From: Patescibacteria group bacterium
Lineage (GTDB): Bacteria > Patescibacteriota > Microgenomatia > UBA8517
DNA: 64,000 bases
NCBI GenBank assembly: GCA_022868165.1
Contig: JALHYA010000004.1
Location: forward strand, 16,457-80,456
Reading direction: 5' to 3'
Shown here in pieces: positions 24,467 to 33,356 of the stretch (positions within the stretch are counted from its first letter, which is position 1; every line of letters begins with the position of its first letter). Position numbers and translations under genes: made by a program. Below the pieces are notes generated by a model, which saw nothing but the letters and a program-made list of their open reading frames with translations, made no database searches and was not told the origin of the DNA.

Positions 24467-25174
24467 ATGGACAAAATAACTTTAGCGGCAGAAAAAAGAA
24501 GTGTTGTTGGTAGAAAAGTAAAAACTTTAAGAAAAGAAGGGTATTTGCCAGCAAACGTTTTCGGAAAAGGAATTAAATCCGAATCTTTGCAGGTAAAACT
24601 TTCCGACTTTCAAGATACCTATAAAAAGGTTGGAGAAACTGGACTTCTTTACCTTTCTATCAAAAACGGAAAAGTTGAAGAAAAACCCGTGTTGGTTTCC
24701 AATGTCCAACTTCAGCCCGTATCCGACACTCCCATTCATGTAGATTTCCACCAGGTTGATCTTAAGGAGAAAGTTACGGCTGCGGTTCCCGTAGAGATTA
24801 GCGGGGAAGCGCCGGCGGAAAAAGGAGGAATAGGCACTGTCGTTCAATATATCGACGAAATCGAGGTCGAGGCACTTCCGACCGATCTTCCCGAGAAGTT
24901 TATTTTAGATATCTCAAATTTGACCGAAGTGGACCAGGCGATTTTTGTCAAAGATTTACCGGTCGATAAGGCAAAGGTTGACATTAAGACGGATGCCGAA
25001 GGGATTATTGCTAAAGTAGAACCTCCTCAAAAGGAAGAGGTTGCACCTGTCGCTGAGGTTCCCGTAGAGGGAGCAGTTCCGGCGGAAGGAGCTCCTGAGG
25101 GTGTTGTGCCGGCCGAGGGAGAAGCTCCGGCCGCGGAAGAAAATGAGCCCCAAGAAAAAAAGCCTAAGGAGTAG
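24467..25174 (+). CDS. rplY: 50S ribosomal protein L25/general stress protein Ctc
   Basis: Starts MDKITLAAEKRSVVGRKVKTLRKEGYLPANVFGKG and has an acidic Pro/Glu/Ala-rich tail. I moved the start from 24443 to ATG 24467. Confidence 0.85.
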   Translation: MDKITLAAEKRSVVGRKVKTLRKEGYLPANVFGKGIKSESLQVKLSDFQDTYKKVGETGLLYLSIKNGKVEEKPVLVSNVQLQPVSDTPIHVDFHQVDLKEKVTAAVPVEISGEAPAEKGGIGTVVQYIDEIEVEALPTDLPEKFILDISNLTEVDQAIFVKDLPVDKAKVDIKTDAEGIIAKVEPPQKEEVAPVAEVPVEGAVPAEGAPEGVVPAEGEAPAAEENEPQEKKPKE

Positions 25175-25547
25175 TATTTAAGGCGCTTTCCAAATTTCTG
25201 ACTTCGCTTGAGTTCGGATCTATTTCCTTGGCGCGATCGAGATATGAAAGTGCGGCCTTATTGTCTCCGGACTTTATCTCGAGTTTTGCCAATTCCACCC
25301 ATCCTGACAAATAATTTGGGTACTTTGCTACGAGATTTTGCCAATAGAGAATTTCCTCTTGGGTTGTGGCCCTTTGACTGCTTGTCCCAAGAACCTTCCT
25401 ATTTAAAAAGAAGCTAGCGTTAAAAGTCGAAAGCGAAAAAATTATTATTGCCGCGCAACAGGAGCATAAAAACACGACTTCTTTGCTGAATTTGAGACGC
25501 AATTTCTTTTTCGATTTTTTTGGGGGTTGCTGGACAGGTTCTTTCAT
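25164..25547 (-). CDS. membrane-anchored TPR-repeat protein
   Basis: Starts MKEPVQQPPKKSKKK, then a TM helix, then TPR-like YWQNLVAKYPNYLSGWVELAKLEIKSGDNKAALSYLDRAKEIDP. The ORF-track 5' extension to 25787 is antisense to the neighbouring Pro-rich gene. Confidence 0.55.
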   Translation of the reverse strand: MKEPVQQPPKKSKKKLRLKFSKEVVFLCSCCAAIIIFSLSTFNASFFLNRKVLGTSSQRATTQEEILYWQNLVAKYPNYLSGWVELAKLEIKSGDNKAALSYLDRAKEIDPNSSEVRNLESALNTTP

Positions 25548-25566
25548 GCTGTATAATAAATTAATT

Positions 25567-26361
25567 ATGGATGACAACCTGCCGAATCCGCAAGGGGATA
25601 CCCAGAACCTTGCCAAAATGACAACTCCACCTACTGGAACACCTCCCATACCTCCAACCACGCCGGCTCCTTCTGCGTCGGTCTTAACTCCGACACCAAC
25701 CCCGCCGCCGACCCCCCCAGTGCCTAGTGCCTCAAAGCCTAATTTGATGCTTTGGATTTCTTTGGGAATTTTGGCGTTGGCCGCCATTGCGGGCGGAGCA
25801 TATTATTTCCTCAAGGGAACCTCGACAAAGCCAGTACCCACGCCGGTACCCGTTGCCCCAACTCCAATCCCAACCCCGGTAGATAGAACCACCGGTTGGC
25901 TGACTTATACAAACACAAAGAATAATTTTTCTTTCAAATATCGCCCGGACGCCAAGGTTCAGGAGCAAACAGACGGAACAATAAATCTTACCCTTTTGGG
26001 ACCGACTCAAAAAACAGGAACCGAATTTTTCGACGGACTAAACATGACTTTTAAGCCGGGAAGTCTAGGAGGCTTAACGCTTAAAACCTTTGTCGACAAA
26101 AAAATGACTGTGCTTTCCACTGAGGGGGTTGTTTCGGCGACAACCAGCGCAACCATAGCCCAAATGGTAGGGTATAAATTCCATTTGGAGACCATTGTGC
26201 CCTCCGATTATTATTATCTTCCCTTGGGAACGACTTCATACTTGGAAATTGTTGATTTGACCAGAGACCCTTCAAGCCAAGGTTTTGAGCAAAACGCCCA
26301 AGACACGCTCTCGACTATTACGTTTGGTGTAGCTAGCCCATCGGCAACTCCCGCGATTTAA
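25567..26361 (+). CDS. Pro-rich membrane-anchored hypothetical protein
   Basis: Starts MDDNLPNPQ, with a TPPxP-rich N-terminus, a TM helix (LMLWISLGILALAAIAGGAYYF) and an extracytoplasmic domain. TATAAT (25552-25557) lies 9 nt upstream of the ATG. Confidence 0.6.
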   Translation: MDDNLPNPQGDTQNLAKMTTPPTGTPPIPPTTPAPSASVLTPTPTPPPTPPVPSASKPNLMLWISLGILALAAIAGGAYYFLKGTSTKPVPTPVPVAPTPIPTPVDRTTGWLTYTNTKNNFSFKYRPDAKVQEQTDGTINLTLLGPTQKTGTEFFDGLNMTFKPGSLGGLTLKTFVDKKMTVLSTEGVVSATTSATIAQMVGYKFHLETIVPSDYYYLPLGTTSYLEIVDLTRDPSSQGFEQNAQDTLSTITFGVASPSATPAI

Positions 26362-28511
26362 GTTTTGGGCCAAGAAGCATTAATTAAAATAGGGGAGTCG
26401 AACCGTTCTTTTCCTTCTTGCCAAATTACTTCACTGACAAACGGCATAAACGGATGAATAAGTTTTAGAGATTCTTGTAAAACAAACTCCAAAGTTTTCT
26501 GAGCCTGCTCACGCCTATCTTTGCTTTTTTCGATGTATTCATCCGCAAATTTATGCCAGACAAATTCGTATATTTCTCCTGCAGCCTCATTGAGTCTATA
26601 TTTATCAAGCGCCTTGGTTACTTTGCTTGTCGTGCTTTTGAGCTCTTTTAATATTTTTTTGTCTTCGTCGTTCTTTTTAGCTTTTGAAGACGGTTGGGCC
26701 AGCACAAACCTTGCAATATTCCAAACCTTGTTGGCAAAGTTTCTTTGACCGCGAATATTGTCTTCGGAAAGGGAAATATCGTTTTCCACCAAAGCTCCCC
26801 AGACCATTCCCATTCTCATAGCATCCGCCCCGTATTTATTGGCCATGTCAATCGGGTCAATTACATTTCCCTTTGACTTGGAAATCTTTTGTCCTTCCTT
26901 ATCCCTAACCAATCCATGAATTACAACGTCTCTAAATGGAACATCGCCGGTTGCATAAAGCCCGAGCATGATCATTCTTATGACCCAGAAAGGGAGAATA
27001 TCGTAGGCCGTTTCCATAACTGAGGTTGGATAAAAATAGTTGTAGTCTTCGAATTTTTCTTTATTGGAAATTCCACTCGACGATAGGAGAGTGGCATATG
27101 GCCATTGGCCAGACGAAAACCAGGTGTCGAAGGTGTCCGGGTCCTGAACAAACTTGTCGTGCCCACAACTGGGGCATTTGACAGGCTCAGCCCCGTCTGT
27201 AACGGTCCACTTCATACATTTGTCGCAGCGAAAAGCCGGAATTCTTATTCCCCAGACAATTTGTCTTGAAATATTCCAATCCCTGAGGTTTTTAAGCCAG
27301 TGCTTGGCAATTTTTTCGTAGCGTTCTGAAACAAATTTCACTTGACCTTTAGTTATGGCTTCCAGTGCTTTTTTGGCCAAGGGCGTGATTTTTATAAACC
27401 ATTGTTTTGAAAGCATCGGCTCAATTAGGCCCTTGTCCCTATAGCAAAGTCCAACCACGTGCGCTATTTTTTCTATCTTTTTGATTTTGCCGGCCGCTTC
27501 GAGGTCTTTTACAACTTCTTGTCTTGCTTCTTCCACTTTCATTCCGACATATTTAGAGGGAGTATTCTTCATCCTTCCGGCCTCATCGATTACGCTGACA
27601 ATTTGCAGCTTGTGCTTTTGCCCGATTTCAAAGTCGGTCGCATCATGCCCTGGAGTAATTTTGAGAGCTCCCGTTCCGAAATCTTTATCAACCAAAACAT
27701 CCTCAATTATCGGAAGCTCACGCTCAACCAAGGGTAAGAGGGCGGTTTTGCCGACAATGTCTTTATATCTAGCATCATTGGGATTAACCGCAACCGCAAC
27801 ATCCGCAAATATCGTTTCCGGCCGGGTTGTGGCGATTGTGATTGTTCCGTAGTCCAGATAATACAAATTGTCTTCCCGTTCAACCGAATCAACCTCAAGC
27901 TGTGAATATGCCGTGCCGCAGCGGGGACAATAGTTAACTATTCTTTCGCCCCTATAAACCAACCCTTCGTCATAGAGCTTTTTGAATGTTTTATAGACTA
28001 TCTTGATAATTTCGGGGTCGAGGGTAAATTTGTTTCTTGTCCAGTCGCAGGAAGCACCCAAAATTCTAAGCTGACTTTCCATGGTGGATTTATTTTTTTG
28101 AACATCATCCCAAATCATCTTATAAAGTGTGTCTCGGTCATAGTCGAAGCGGCTTTTGCCTTCGACTCTTAGCTTCCTTTCAAAAACAAACTGCGTTTCA
28201 ATTCCGGCATGGTCTGCGCCCGGAAGCCAAAGCGTGGATTCGCCCTTCATCCTGTGATAACGAATTAAAATATCTTCGATTGCGATAAAACGTGCATGGC
28301 CAACATGTAGAGGGTCGGAAGCATTGGGAGGAGGCATAATTATGGTGAACGGAGGCATCCGACGTCCTGAGCTCTTCGAGTCTGAGCCTGAGGGCTCATC
28401 CCTCAGAGTCGAATGACTTGTCGAAGGAAGGCTTGGGCTAAAGGCGCCGGACTTTTCCCACATTTCATAGATTTTCGCCTCAAAAAGAGCGTGATTATAT
28501 GCCTTGTCCAT
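26358..28511 (-). CDS. valS: valine--tRNA ligase
   Basis: 717 aa with the HIGH region PPPNASDPLHVGHA, WLPGADHAGIETQ, and the KMSKS variant KISKSKGN. Confidence 0.85.
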   Translation of the reverse strand: MDKAYNHALFEAKIYEMWEKSGAFSPSLPSTSHSTLRDEPSGSDSKSSGRRMPPFTIIMPPPNASDPLHVGHARFIAIEDILIRYHRMKGESTLWLPGADHAGIETQFVFERKLRVEGKSRFDYDRDTLYKMIWDDVQKNKSTMESQLRILGASCDWTRNKFTLDPEIIKIVYKTFKKLYDEGLVYRGERIVNYCPRCGTAYSQLEVDSVEREDNLYYLDYGTITIATTRPETIFADVAVAVNPNDARYKDIVGKTALLPLVERELPIIEDVLVDKDFGTGALKITPGHDATDFEIGQKHKLQIVSVIDEAGRMKNTPSKYVGMKVEEARQEVVKDLEAAGKIKKIEKIAHVVGLCYRDKGLIEPMLSKQWFIKITPLAKKALEAITKGQVKFVSERYEKIAKHWLKNLRDWNISRQIVWGIRIPAFRCDKCMKWTVTDGAEPVKCPSCGHDKFVQDPDTFDTWFSSGQWPYATLLSSSGISNKEKFEDYNYFYPTSVMETAYDILPFWVIRMIMLGLYATGDVPFRDVVIHGLVRDKEGQKISKSKGNVIDPIDMANKYGADAMRMGMVWGALVENDISLSEDNIRGQRNFANKVWNIARFVLAQPSSKAKKNDEDKKILKELKSTTSKVTKALDKYRLNEAAGEIYEFVWHKFADEYIEKSKDRREQAQKTLEFVLQESLKLIHPFMPFVSEVIWQEGKERFDSPILINASWPKT

Positions 28512-28526
28512 GCTGATGCTATTATA

Positions 28527-29009
28527 TCAGCACCTGGCTTTGGAGAGAATGAATTTACGAATCTCGGGGGCGACATCGGAAGTAAATTTGTTAAGGACTT
28601 CCCCGGCCGGTACCCAGGCAATTTCGGCAATTTCATATGTTTCGCCATTTTTGGGAGTTTGATTTGCCTTGGGGGTGCAATCAAAATATGCAACTTCAAC
28701 AAAAGTATCGGGATGTTTGCGTTCCAAGAGTTTTTTTACAACCTTAACATCCAATCCGACTTCTTCTTTTGCTTCCCGGATAACCGCCTGCTCATCCGTT
28801 TCATCATCCTCAATAACGCCGCCCGGAAATGCCCACTCCAACTTAAGAAGTCTAACCTTTCTTCTTATGAGTAGAAATTTTCCGTCTTTGACAATCAAGG
28901 CAAGGACCACTTTGGGTTTAAAAACCCTTTTCTCTTTACGCATGAGGCTATTATACACCCGCTTTAATAGTTCTTCTTGCTTTTTTTGGACTCTTAATCG
29001 CTGTCGCAA
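28527..29009 (-). CDS. NUDIX hydrolase (start uncertain)
   Basis: Carries the Nudix box GGVIEDDETDEQAVIREAKEEVGL. The internal ATG at 28943 (MRKEKRV...) is an alternative start. Confidence 0.75.
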   Translation of the reverse strand: MRQRLRVQKKQEELLKRVYNSLMRKEKRVFKPKVVLALIVKDGKFLLIRRKVRLLKLEWAFPGGVIEDDETDEQAVIREAKEEVGLDVKVVKKLLERKHPDTFVEVAYFDCTPKANQTPKNGETYEIAEIAWVPAGEVLNKFTSDVAPEIRKFILSKARC

Positions 29010-29132
29010 TTCTTAGAAAAGAAGCGGTATTGGGGCTTCTGGGAATGCAGGAAAAGGCGGAATAATCTTCAAAGCATCCTTTTTACCGTTCCTTTTTGAT
29101 TATAGGATTAAGAATTGGTACAATTCGCACAT

Positions 29133-29687
29133 ATGGAGAGGATAGGTAGAAGGGACTTCCTTAAAATTATAAAAGTGGCGGGGGGAGGATTGATCTTGGC
29201 AGGCTGCGGGATTCCTACACCCCATCCAACTCCCGAGGCCGAAGAGGGAGAAATTTTTAGAGGAATAGTGGCAGATCCGGAAGATGGCTCTTTATGGGTT
29301 ATCCTTGATGAAGATTACAGAATTGTAGGAAGCTCGGCTGGAAGCTTCTATCGCTGGGTACCGGAAGAATCTATACCCGTAGATGAAAGACAAGATGGGG
29401 TAAGGTGGGGATTGTGGTCGAATAGGGAAGGGCGAGGAAGGATAAGGTTTATGAGGCTGGAAGGTTTTCAGGGAGATTTAAATTCTTCTATTTTCTTGGC
29501 GGATGCGAATAATGGAACTATCTGGAGAATGGTTGATAGAGACTACAAACTAGTTGGTAACTACCAAGGTATATTTGACGGTTGGGTGGATGAGGAAGAG
29601 GGAATTCGTAGCGGCAGATGGTCAAATAGAGAAGGTTATGGCACAGTCGGATTCGTGTGCATAGAAGAGCCGGAAGAGACTAAATAA
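29133..29687 (+). CDS. Tat-signal lipoprotein with internal two-fold repeat, unknown function
   Basis: Starts MERIGRRDFLKIIKVAGGGLILAGCG, which combines a twin-arginine motif (RRDFLK) with a lipobox (LAGC). Two repeats follow, of the form ADxxxGxxWxxxDxDYxxVGxxxGxFxxWVxEE...WSNREGxG. Confidence 0.65.
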   Translation: MERIGRRDFLKIIKVAGGGLILAGCGIPTPHPTPEAEEGEIFRGIVADPEDGSLWVILDEDYRIVGSSAGSFYRWVPEESIPVDERQDGVRWGLWSNREGRGRIRFMRLEGFQGDLNSSIFLADANNGTIWRMVDRDYKLVGNYQGIFDGWVDEEEGIRSGRWSNREGYGTVGFVCIEEPEETK

Positions 29688-29750
29688 ATCCTCTAGTGGT
29701 AAAATAGTGACTAACTAAACCACTTGTTGGTTTTGAAGCGTTAACCTAAA

Positions 29751-31076
29751 ATGAGAGAAAGAATGCCTGAACAGAAGTCTGAAATAGTTGAGGTTCCCCA
29801 TGAGGAATTTGTAGCGCGGGCTATTGTCGAAAACGCCAGAAACATGGCCCGTTTTTCAATTGGCCAAACCCCGCCCCCCAACTTTGATTTGGAGAGAGCA
29901 ACCGATTTGGAAGTTGCAAGACATCTTTCTGATGTACAAGTTGACGACAAAAGTCTAGCACAAGATATAAAAGAGGCTCTTGATAGAAATCTCGCAGACC
30001 CGGATGAAGCTTTTCAGGCAGCAAGCCTGACAGTAGCCAAAGCCATAGCTACAGAAGAAGTCGTATTGCCGAATGAAAGAGGATTCTTTAAAAGAGTCTC
30101 CGATAAAGTGGCAAAAGAGATGGGTCAGCTTATCGCCTCAAAATCCGGGAAGAGAGGTTTAGCTGTAGTTTCTGGCCTTTCGCTTGTCGCCACCGCCTGC
30201 GGTCAGGTTGCCCAAGGAGCAGAACCCTTAAGGCCAATAGACCTTGAAACTCCGACTACCGTGGCCACAGAGGTCAGACCTACCAGCACTCCTTTTTCAC
30301 CGGTTCCGCCAACCGAAATAGCCACCCCCACCCCCGAAGCGGTTAGGGATGAGTGGCAGGTATCGGCAGACGGGCTTATTCTTTACAATGAAGCAGAGTT
30401 ATATGACGGGATGTTTACTATAAACCCGGAACGAACAGGATATCTTTACGAACAACTGATGCGGAGTCTTTATCAAATTAACGTGGCGGGGGAAAATATG
30501 CCCTTCTTAAGACAATTTCCGACTCTCGAAGCTTTTATTCAATATGCCCATACTGGACAACCCATAAATAATATGTGGATTGCCATTGACCACCCGGGAA
30601 GCGGGGTAAGGTACCTGTATCAAGCAACTTGGGCTCCAGTTGAACCCGTAGACCTTTCCTCAACGGCCGTTGCTATTGTCCATCTAACCTATGATGATAT
30701 CGTGCATCCTACCACCCGGGACGAAAGGCCATTCTTTCCCGTCGAGGAGGGCGTGGGCGAGCTGGTAATAGAAAGGGTGGAAATAAACGGCGGTTTTGTC
30801 ATAAGGTTTACTTTCCGGCAAAGTCTTTATGATGACTCGGACTATGGCACTTTAGGGCTGTCAGATGATTATCCTTCGGAGCATAATTTGGCGGCAATAA
30901 CCCAGCTTATGAATGCTTGGTCTTGGGAAGTCGACCATATGAGGGATGATGAGGACGATATTCGTATAACTGGTGCGACCCCGCCCATATTCAACATAAC
31001 CAAAAGTTGGCCCAGTGAGGGGGAATTTAGAGAAATGGCAGAAGATGTTGAGAACTCTCCTTTTGTGCTTCGTTAA
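29751..31076 (+). CDS. hypothetical membrane-anchored/secreted protein
   Basis: 441 aa with an internal hydrophobic segment (GLAVVSGLSLVATACGQ) followed by a Pro/Thr linker. I recognised no family motif. Confidence 0.65.
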   Translation: MRERMPEQKSEIVEVPHEEFVARAIVENARNMARFSIGQTPPPNFDLERATDLEVARHLSDVQVDDKSLAQDIKEALDRNLADPDEAFQAASLTVAKAIATEEVVLPNERGFFKRVSDKVAKEMGQLIASKSGKRGLAVVSGLSLVATACGQVAQGAEPLRPIDLETPTTVATEVRPTSTPFSPVPPTEIATPTPEAVRDEWQVSADGLILYNEAELYDGMFTINPERTGYLYEQLMRSLYQINVAGENMPFLRQFPTLEAFIQYAHTGQPINNMWIAIDHPGSGVRYLYQATWAPVEPVDLSSTAVAIVHLTYDDIVHPTTRDERPFFPVEEGVGELVIERVEINGGFVIRFTFRQSLYDDSDYGTLGLSDDYPSEHNLAAITQLMNAWSWEVDHMRDDEDDIRITGATPPIFNITKSWPSEGEFREMAEDVENSPFVLR

Positions 31077-31122
31077 GTCACTTGAAAGATTTACCTTTTT
31101 TTGTAAAGATTAAGGTAGGTAT

Positions 31123-31641
31123 ATGAATAAGCTTCTTTATATTCTATTTGGTATAGTATTTGTCCTTGCTACTGTTTTAGGGGTGTTGTATGAAAGACGG
31201 GGAGGCTTGGTATTTTTGAGTAAAGACAAAATAAACTTCATAAGTAGTAAGAGCGGATTTGAGTGGGAAGTAAACGAAGATTTTGTGCGTTCGCTCGAAG
31301 AGTTGATTAGGACGAAAGAGGGCTCCGAATCGAAGAAAGTATTGGTAGTTCTCTCCTCCGAATTCAAACAAACACCCGAAGGTGGGGGATATGGAGAGCT
31401 TGAACCGTTTGTTTATGCAGAGTGGAGTTCTTCTGGAAATCGGGATACTTTAAATATCTACCTTGATGGCAATATTTGGAAGCAAATAGAAGAAAAGAAG
31501 AGAAATACCCCTGTGTCTTATCTGATATCTCAACAAATTCTGCAACACTTTGAGATGACCGATGAACCTTTAGAGAAGATTACTGAAGATATTTTTAACA
31601 ATGGACCAAAAATTTCTATTAAGGAAAGTTCAATTTTTTAA
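31123..31641 (+). CDS. membrane-anchored hypothetical protein
   Basis: 172 aa with an N-terminal TM helix (LLYILFGIVFVLATVLGVLY). Confidence 0.6.
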   Translation: MNKLLYILFGIVFVLATVLGVLYERRGGLVFLSKDKINFISSKSGFEWEVNEDFVRSLEELIRTKEGSESKKVLVVLSSEFKQTPEGGGYGELEPFVYAEWSSSGNRDTLNIYLDGNIWKQIEEKKRNTPVSYLISQQILQHFEMTDEPLEKITEDIFNNGPKISIKESSIF

Positions 31642-31648
31642 ATTTGCC

Positions 31649-33265
31649 ATGAGGAAACTAATATTGCTAATCTTTTCAGGTTTGATCTTTATTGCATTAT
31701 TTGTTGTCCCCAAAAACATTCAGGCTGCTTGTACTGGTAATACGAAATGCGCACCTTATAGTGGAGGCCATTGTTGGTGGGAGGAGAGTATGTACTATAC
31801 AGTAGGCTGTACCGCCTCGCCACAGTGCGAGGGGAATCCCTGTAATAAGGCCATTTGCCTAGTATCCGATACCTGTGCTTATGTCTGTAATCCTGGTGCA
31901 ACAACTTGTGGTCCTTGTTCCAAAACTTGTGGAGGAGGAATAAGTCTCTGTACGAATGGGTGTAGTTCGTGGAATGTGAATTGTAATACCCAGGCTTGTC
32001 CTCCGCCTGGCTGTCTTTGTGGTAACTGGGTGGACGGCGCCTGCGGTGTTGGTTTATGCGGCTCCAGCGAGCGGCAGCAAACAAGAACCTGTGTCCCTGC
32101 CGCCTGTGCCGCCGAAACCCAATGCGTTGTCGATCCAACTTGTACACTTCCTTCCAGTTGCACCGTTGATCTTCTACCGGCAACAGCCACAACATCAGTG
32201 GGCTCAAGCGTAACGCTTACGGCTTCGGTTACGGTAGGAAGTGGAACCGTTGACCAGGTAAATTTCACTTCTGCCAATACGGGGATTCTTACGGTAAGCC
32301 CGGCTTCCGACAGCACCGTGACGTATCAAACGCAGGCAACAGGGGTGGCCATTGGTTCAACTACCGTATCCACAGAGGTGATTATGGGCGGGGTTTCAAC
32401 TTGCGCTGATAGTGCTGGGTTAGGCGGAGGCACAGTTGTTAATGTGACTTCCGCAGGCCCTTGGTGGCAGGTGATTGATGCGGATATTACAACAAATGGA
32501 AGCATAACATCCAGCATTCCTGGAACTTGCGCCTTGCCGGGATGTAATCCCTTGTTTGATTTGGTCGGCCCCGGAGGCTATCCTGGTGTGCCTGCTTACG
32601 GGGGAACGGCAAGTTTTAGTACAGGCACGGTTTCTACTATTGGATGGCTGGCAAACACTTTAAGTCTAACTTCCAATAACCGGCAATATGCATATGCCTG
32701 GTTTAAGAGACTGATTCCTTCGGATGTAACTATGAATGAGATAACTTCACCTTCCATTGACGGCACCGAGCTTTCTTCAGGGGGAACGGCCAGTGGGGGA
32801 TACTATTATTACCGTTATGACGGCTCAAGCGGGCTGGATTTAACCATAAACACCGATGCTTCGTTGGGCACAAGAAAGGTAATTTTGCTGGTGGACGGGG
32901 CAGATTTGAACCTAAACGCAAGGATTAACTTCACAAAGGGACAGGGATTCTTTATGGCTTTTGTCGGCAAAACCCTGCTGGGGGCCAAGGGTAACATCAA
33001 TGTTTCTTCAACGCTTGGCGGAGGAGTCACACCCCATCTTGAAGGATTGTATGAAGCCGATGGCGCTTTCCATTCAGGAGCAGGAACAACACAGCTTTAT
33101 ATTCGCGGGTCTGTTGCGGCATATGGGGGAATGAATTTGGAACGGAATTTGACCGATAATTCCGCCACCCCGGCCGAAGTCTTTGAATACGCGCCCGATT
33201 TAATCTTCACCTATCCCTATAAACTTAGGGAAAGAAGGATCTTCTGGCAAGAAGTAGCCCCATAG
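31649..33265 (+). CDS. secreted surface protein with thrombospondin-type-1-like Cys repeats and a Big_2-like Ig domain
   Basis: The signal peptide is MRKLILLIFSGLIFIALFVVPKNIQA. CGPCSKTCGGGISLC and W..GACGVGLCGSSERQQTRTC resemble TSR cores (CSxTCGxG...R.R.C). TVDLLPATATTSVGSSVTLTASV...LTVSP is Big_2-like. I moved the start from 31601 to ATG 31649. Confidence 0.6.
   Translation: MRKLILLIFSGLIFIALFVVPKNIQAACTGNTKCAPYSGGHCWWEESMYYTVGCTASPQCEGNPCNKAICLVSDTCAYVCNPGATTCGPCSKTCGGGISLCTNGCSSWNVNCNTQACPPPGCLCGNWVDGACGVGLCGSSERQQTRTCVPAACAAETQCVVDPTCTLPSSCTVDLLPATATTSVGSSVTLTASVTVGSGTVDQVNFTSANTGILTVSPASDSTVTYQTQATGVAIGSTTVSTEVIMGGVSTCADSAGLGGGTVVNVTSAGPWWQVIDADITTNGSITSSIPGTCALPGCNPLFDLVGPGGYPGVPAYGGTASFSTGTVSTIGWLANTLSLTSNNRQYAYAWFKRLIPSDVTMNEITSPSIDGTELSSGGTASGGYYYYRYDGSSGLDLTINTDASLGTRKVILLVDGADLNLNARINFTKGQGFFMAFVGKTLLGAKGNINVSSTLGGGVTPHLEGLYEADGAFHSGAGTTQLYIRGSVAAYGGMNLERNLTDNSATPAEVFEYAPDLIFTYPYKLRERRIFWQEVAP
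33147..33265 (+). repeat. 119-bp perfect direct repeat, copy 1 (3' end of CDS 31649..33265); putative attL
   Basis: Checked base by base, this copy is identical to 39509-39627. Confidence 0.95.
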
Positions 33266-33306
33266 TCTCAAATCCCGAAGTTCTGAAAGTTGCAGGCGAC
33301 ACAAAA

Positions 33307-33336
33307 TTGGACGATAGGCGAGTTGGGCCTTATAAT
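33307..33336 (+). promoter_or_regulatory. candidate island promoter
   Basis: TTGGAC (33307-33312), an 18-nt spacer, then TATAAT (33331-33336), ending 20 nt upstream of ATG 33357. Confidence 0.4.
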
Positions 33337-33356
33337 AGTTTCTCAATAGTATATAT

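Noticed and set aside
25548-25787. The Gly/Val-rich 5' extension of the TPR gene (ORF track 25164..25787).
   Set aside because: The extension is the antisense reading of the Pro/Thr-rich N-terminus of the divergent gene 25567..26361. The internal ATG at 25547 gives a sensible Lys-rich cytoplasmic tail followed by a TM start.
31601-31648. The upstream start (31601) for the TSP1-like protein, which overlaps the preceding gene by 41 nt.
   Set aside because: ATG 31649 gives a canonical signal peptide (MRKLILLIFSGLIFIALFVVPKNIQA) and removes the overlap.
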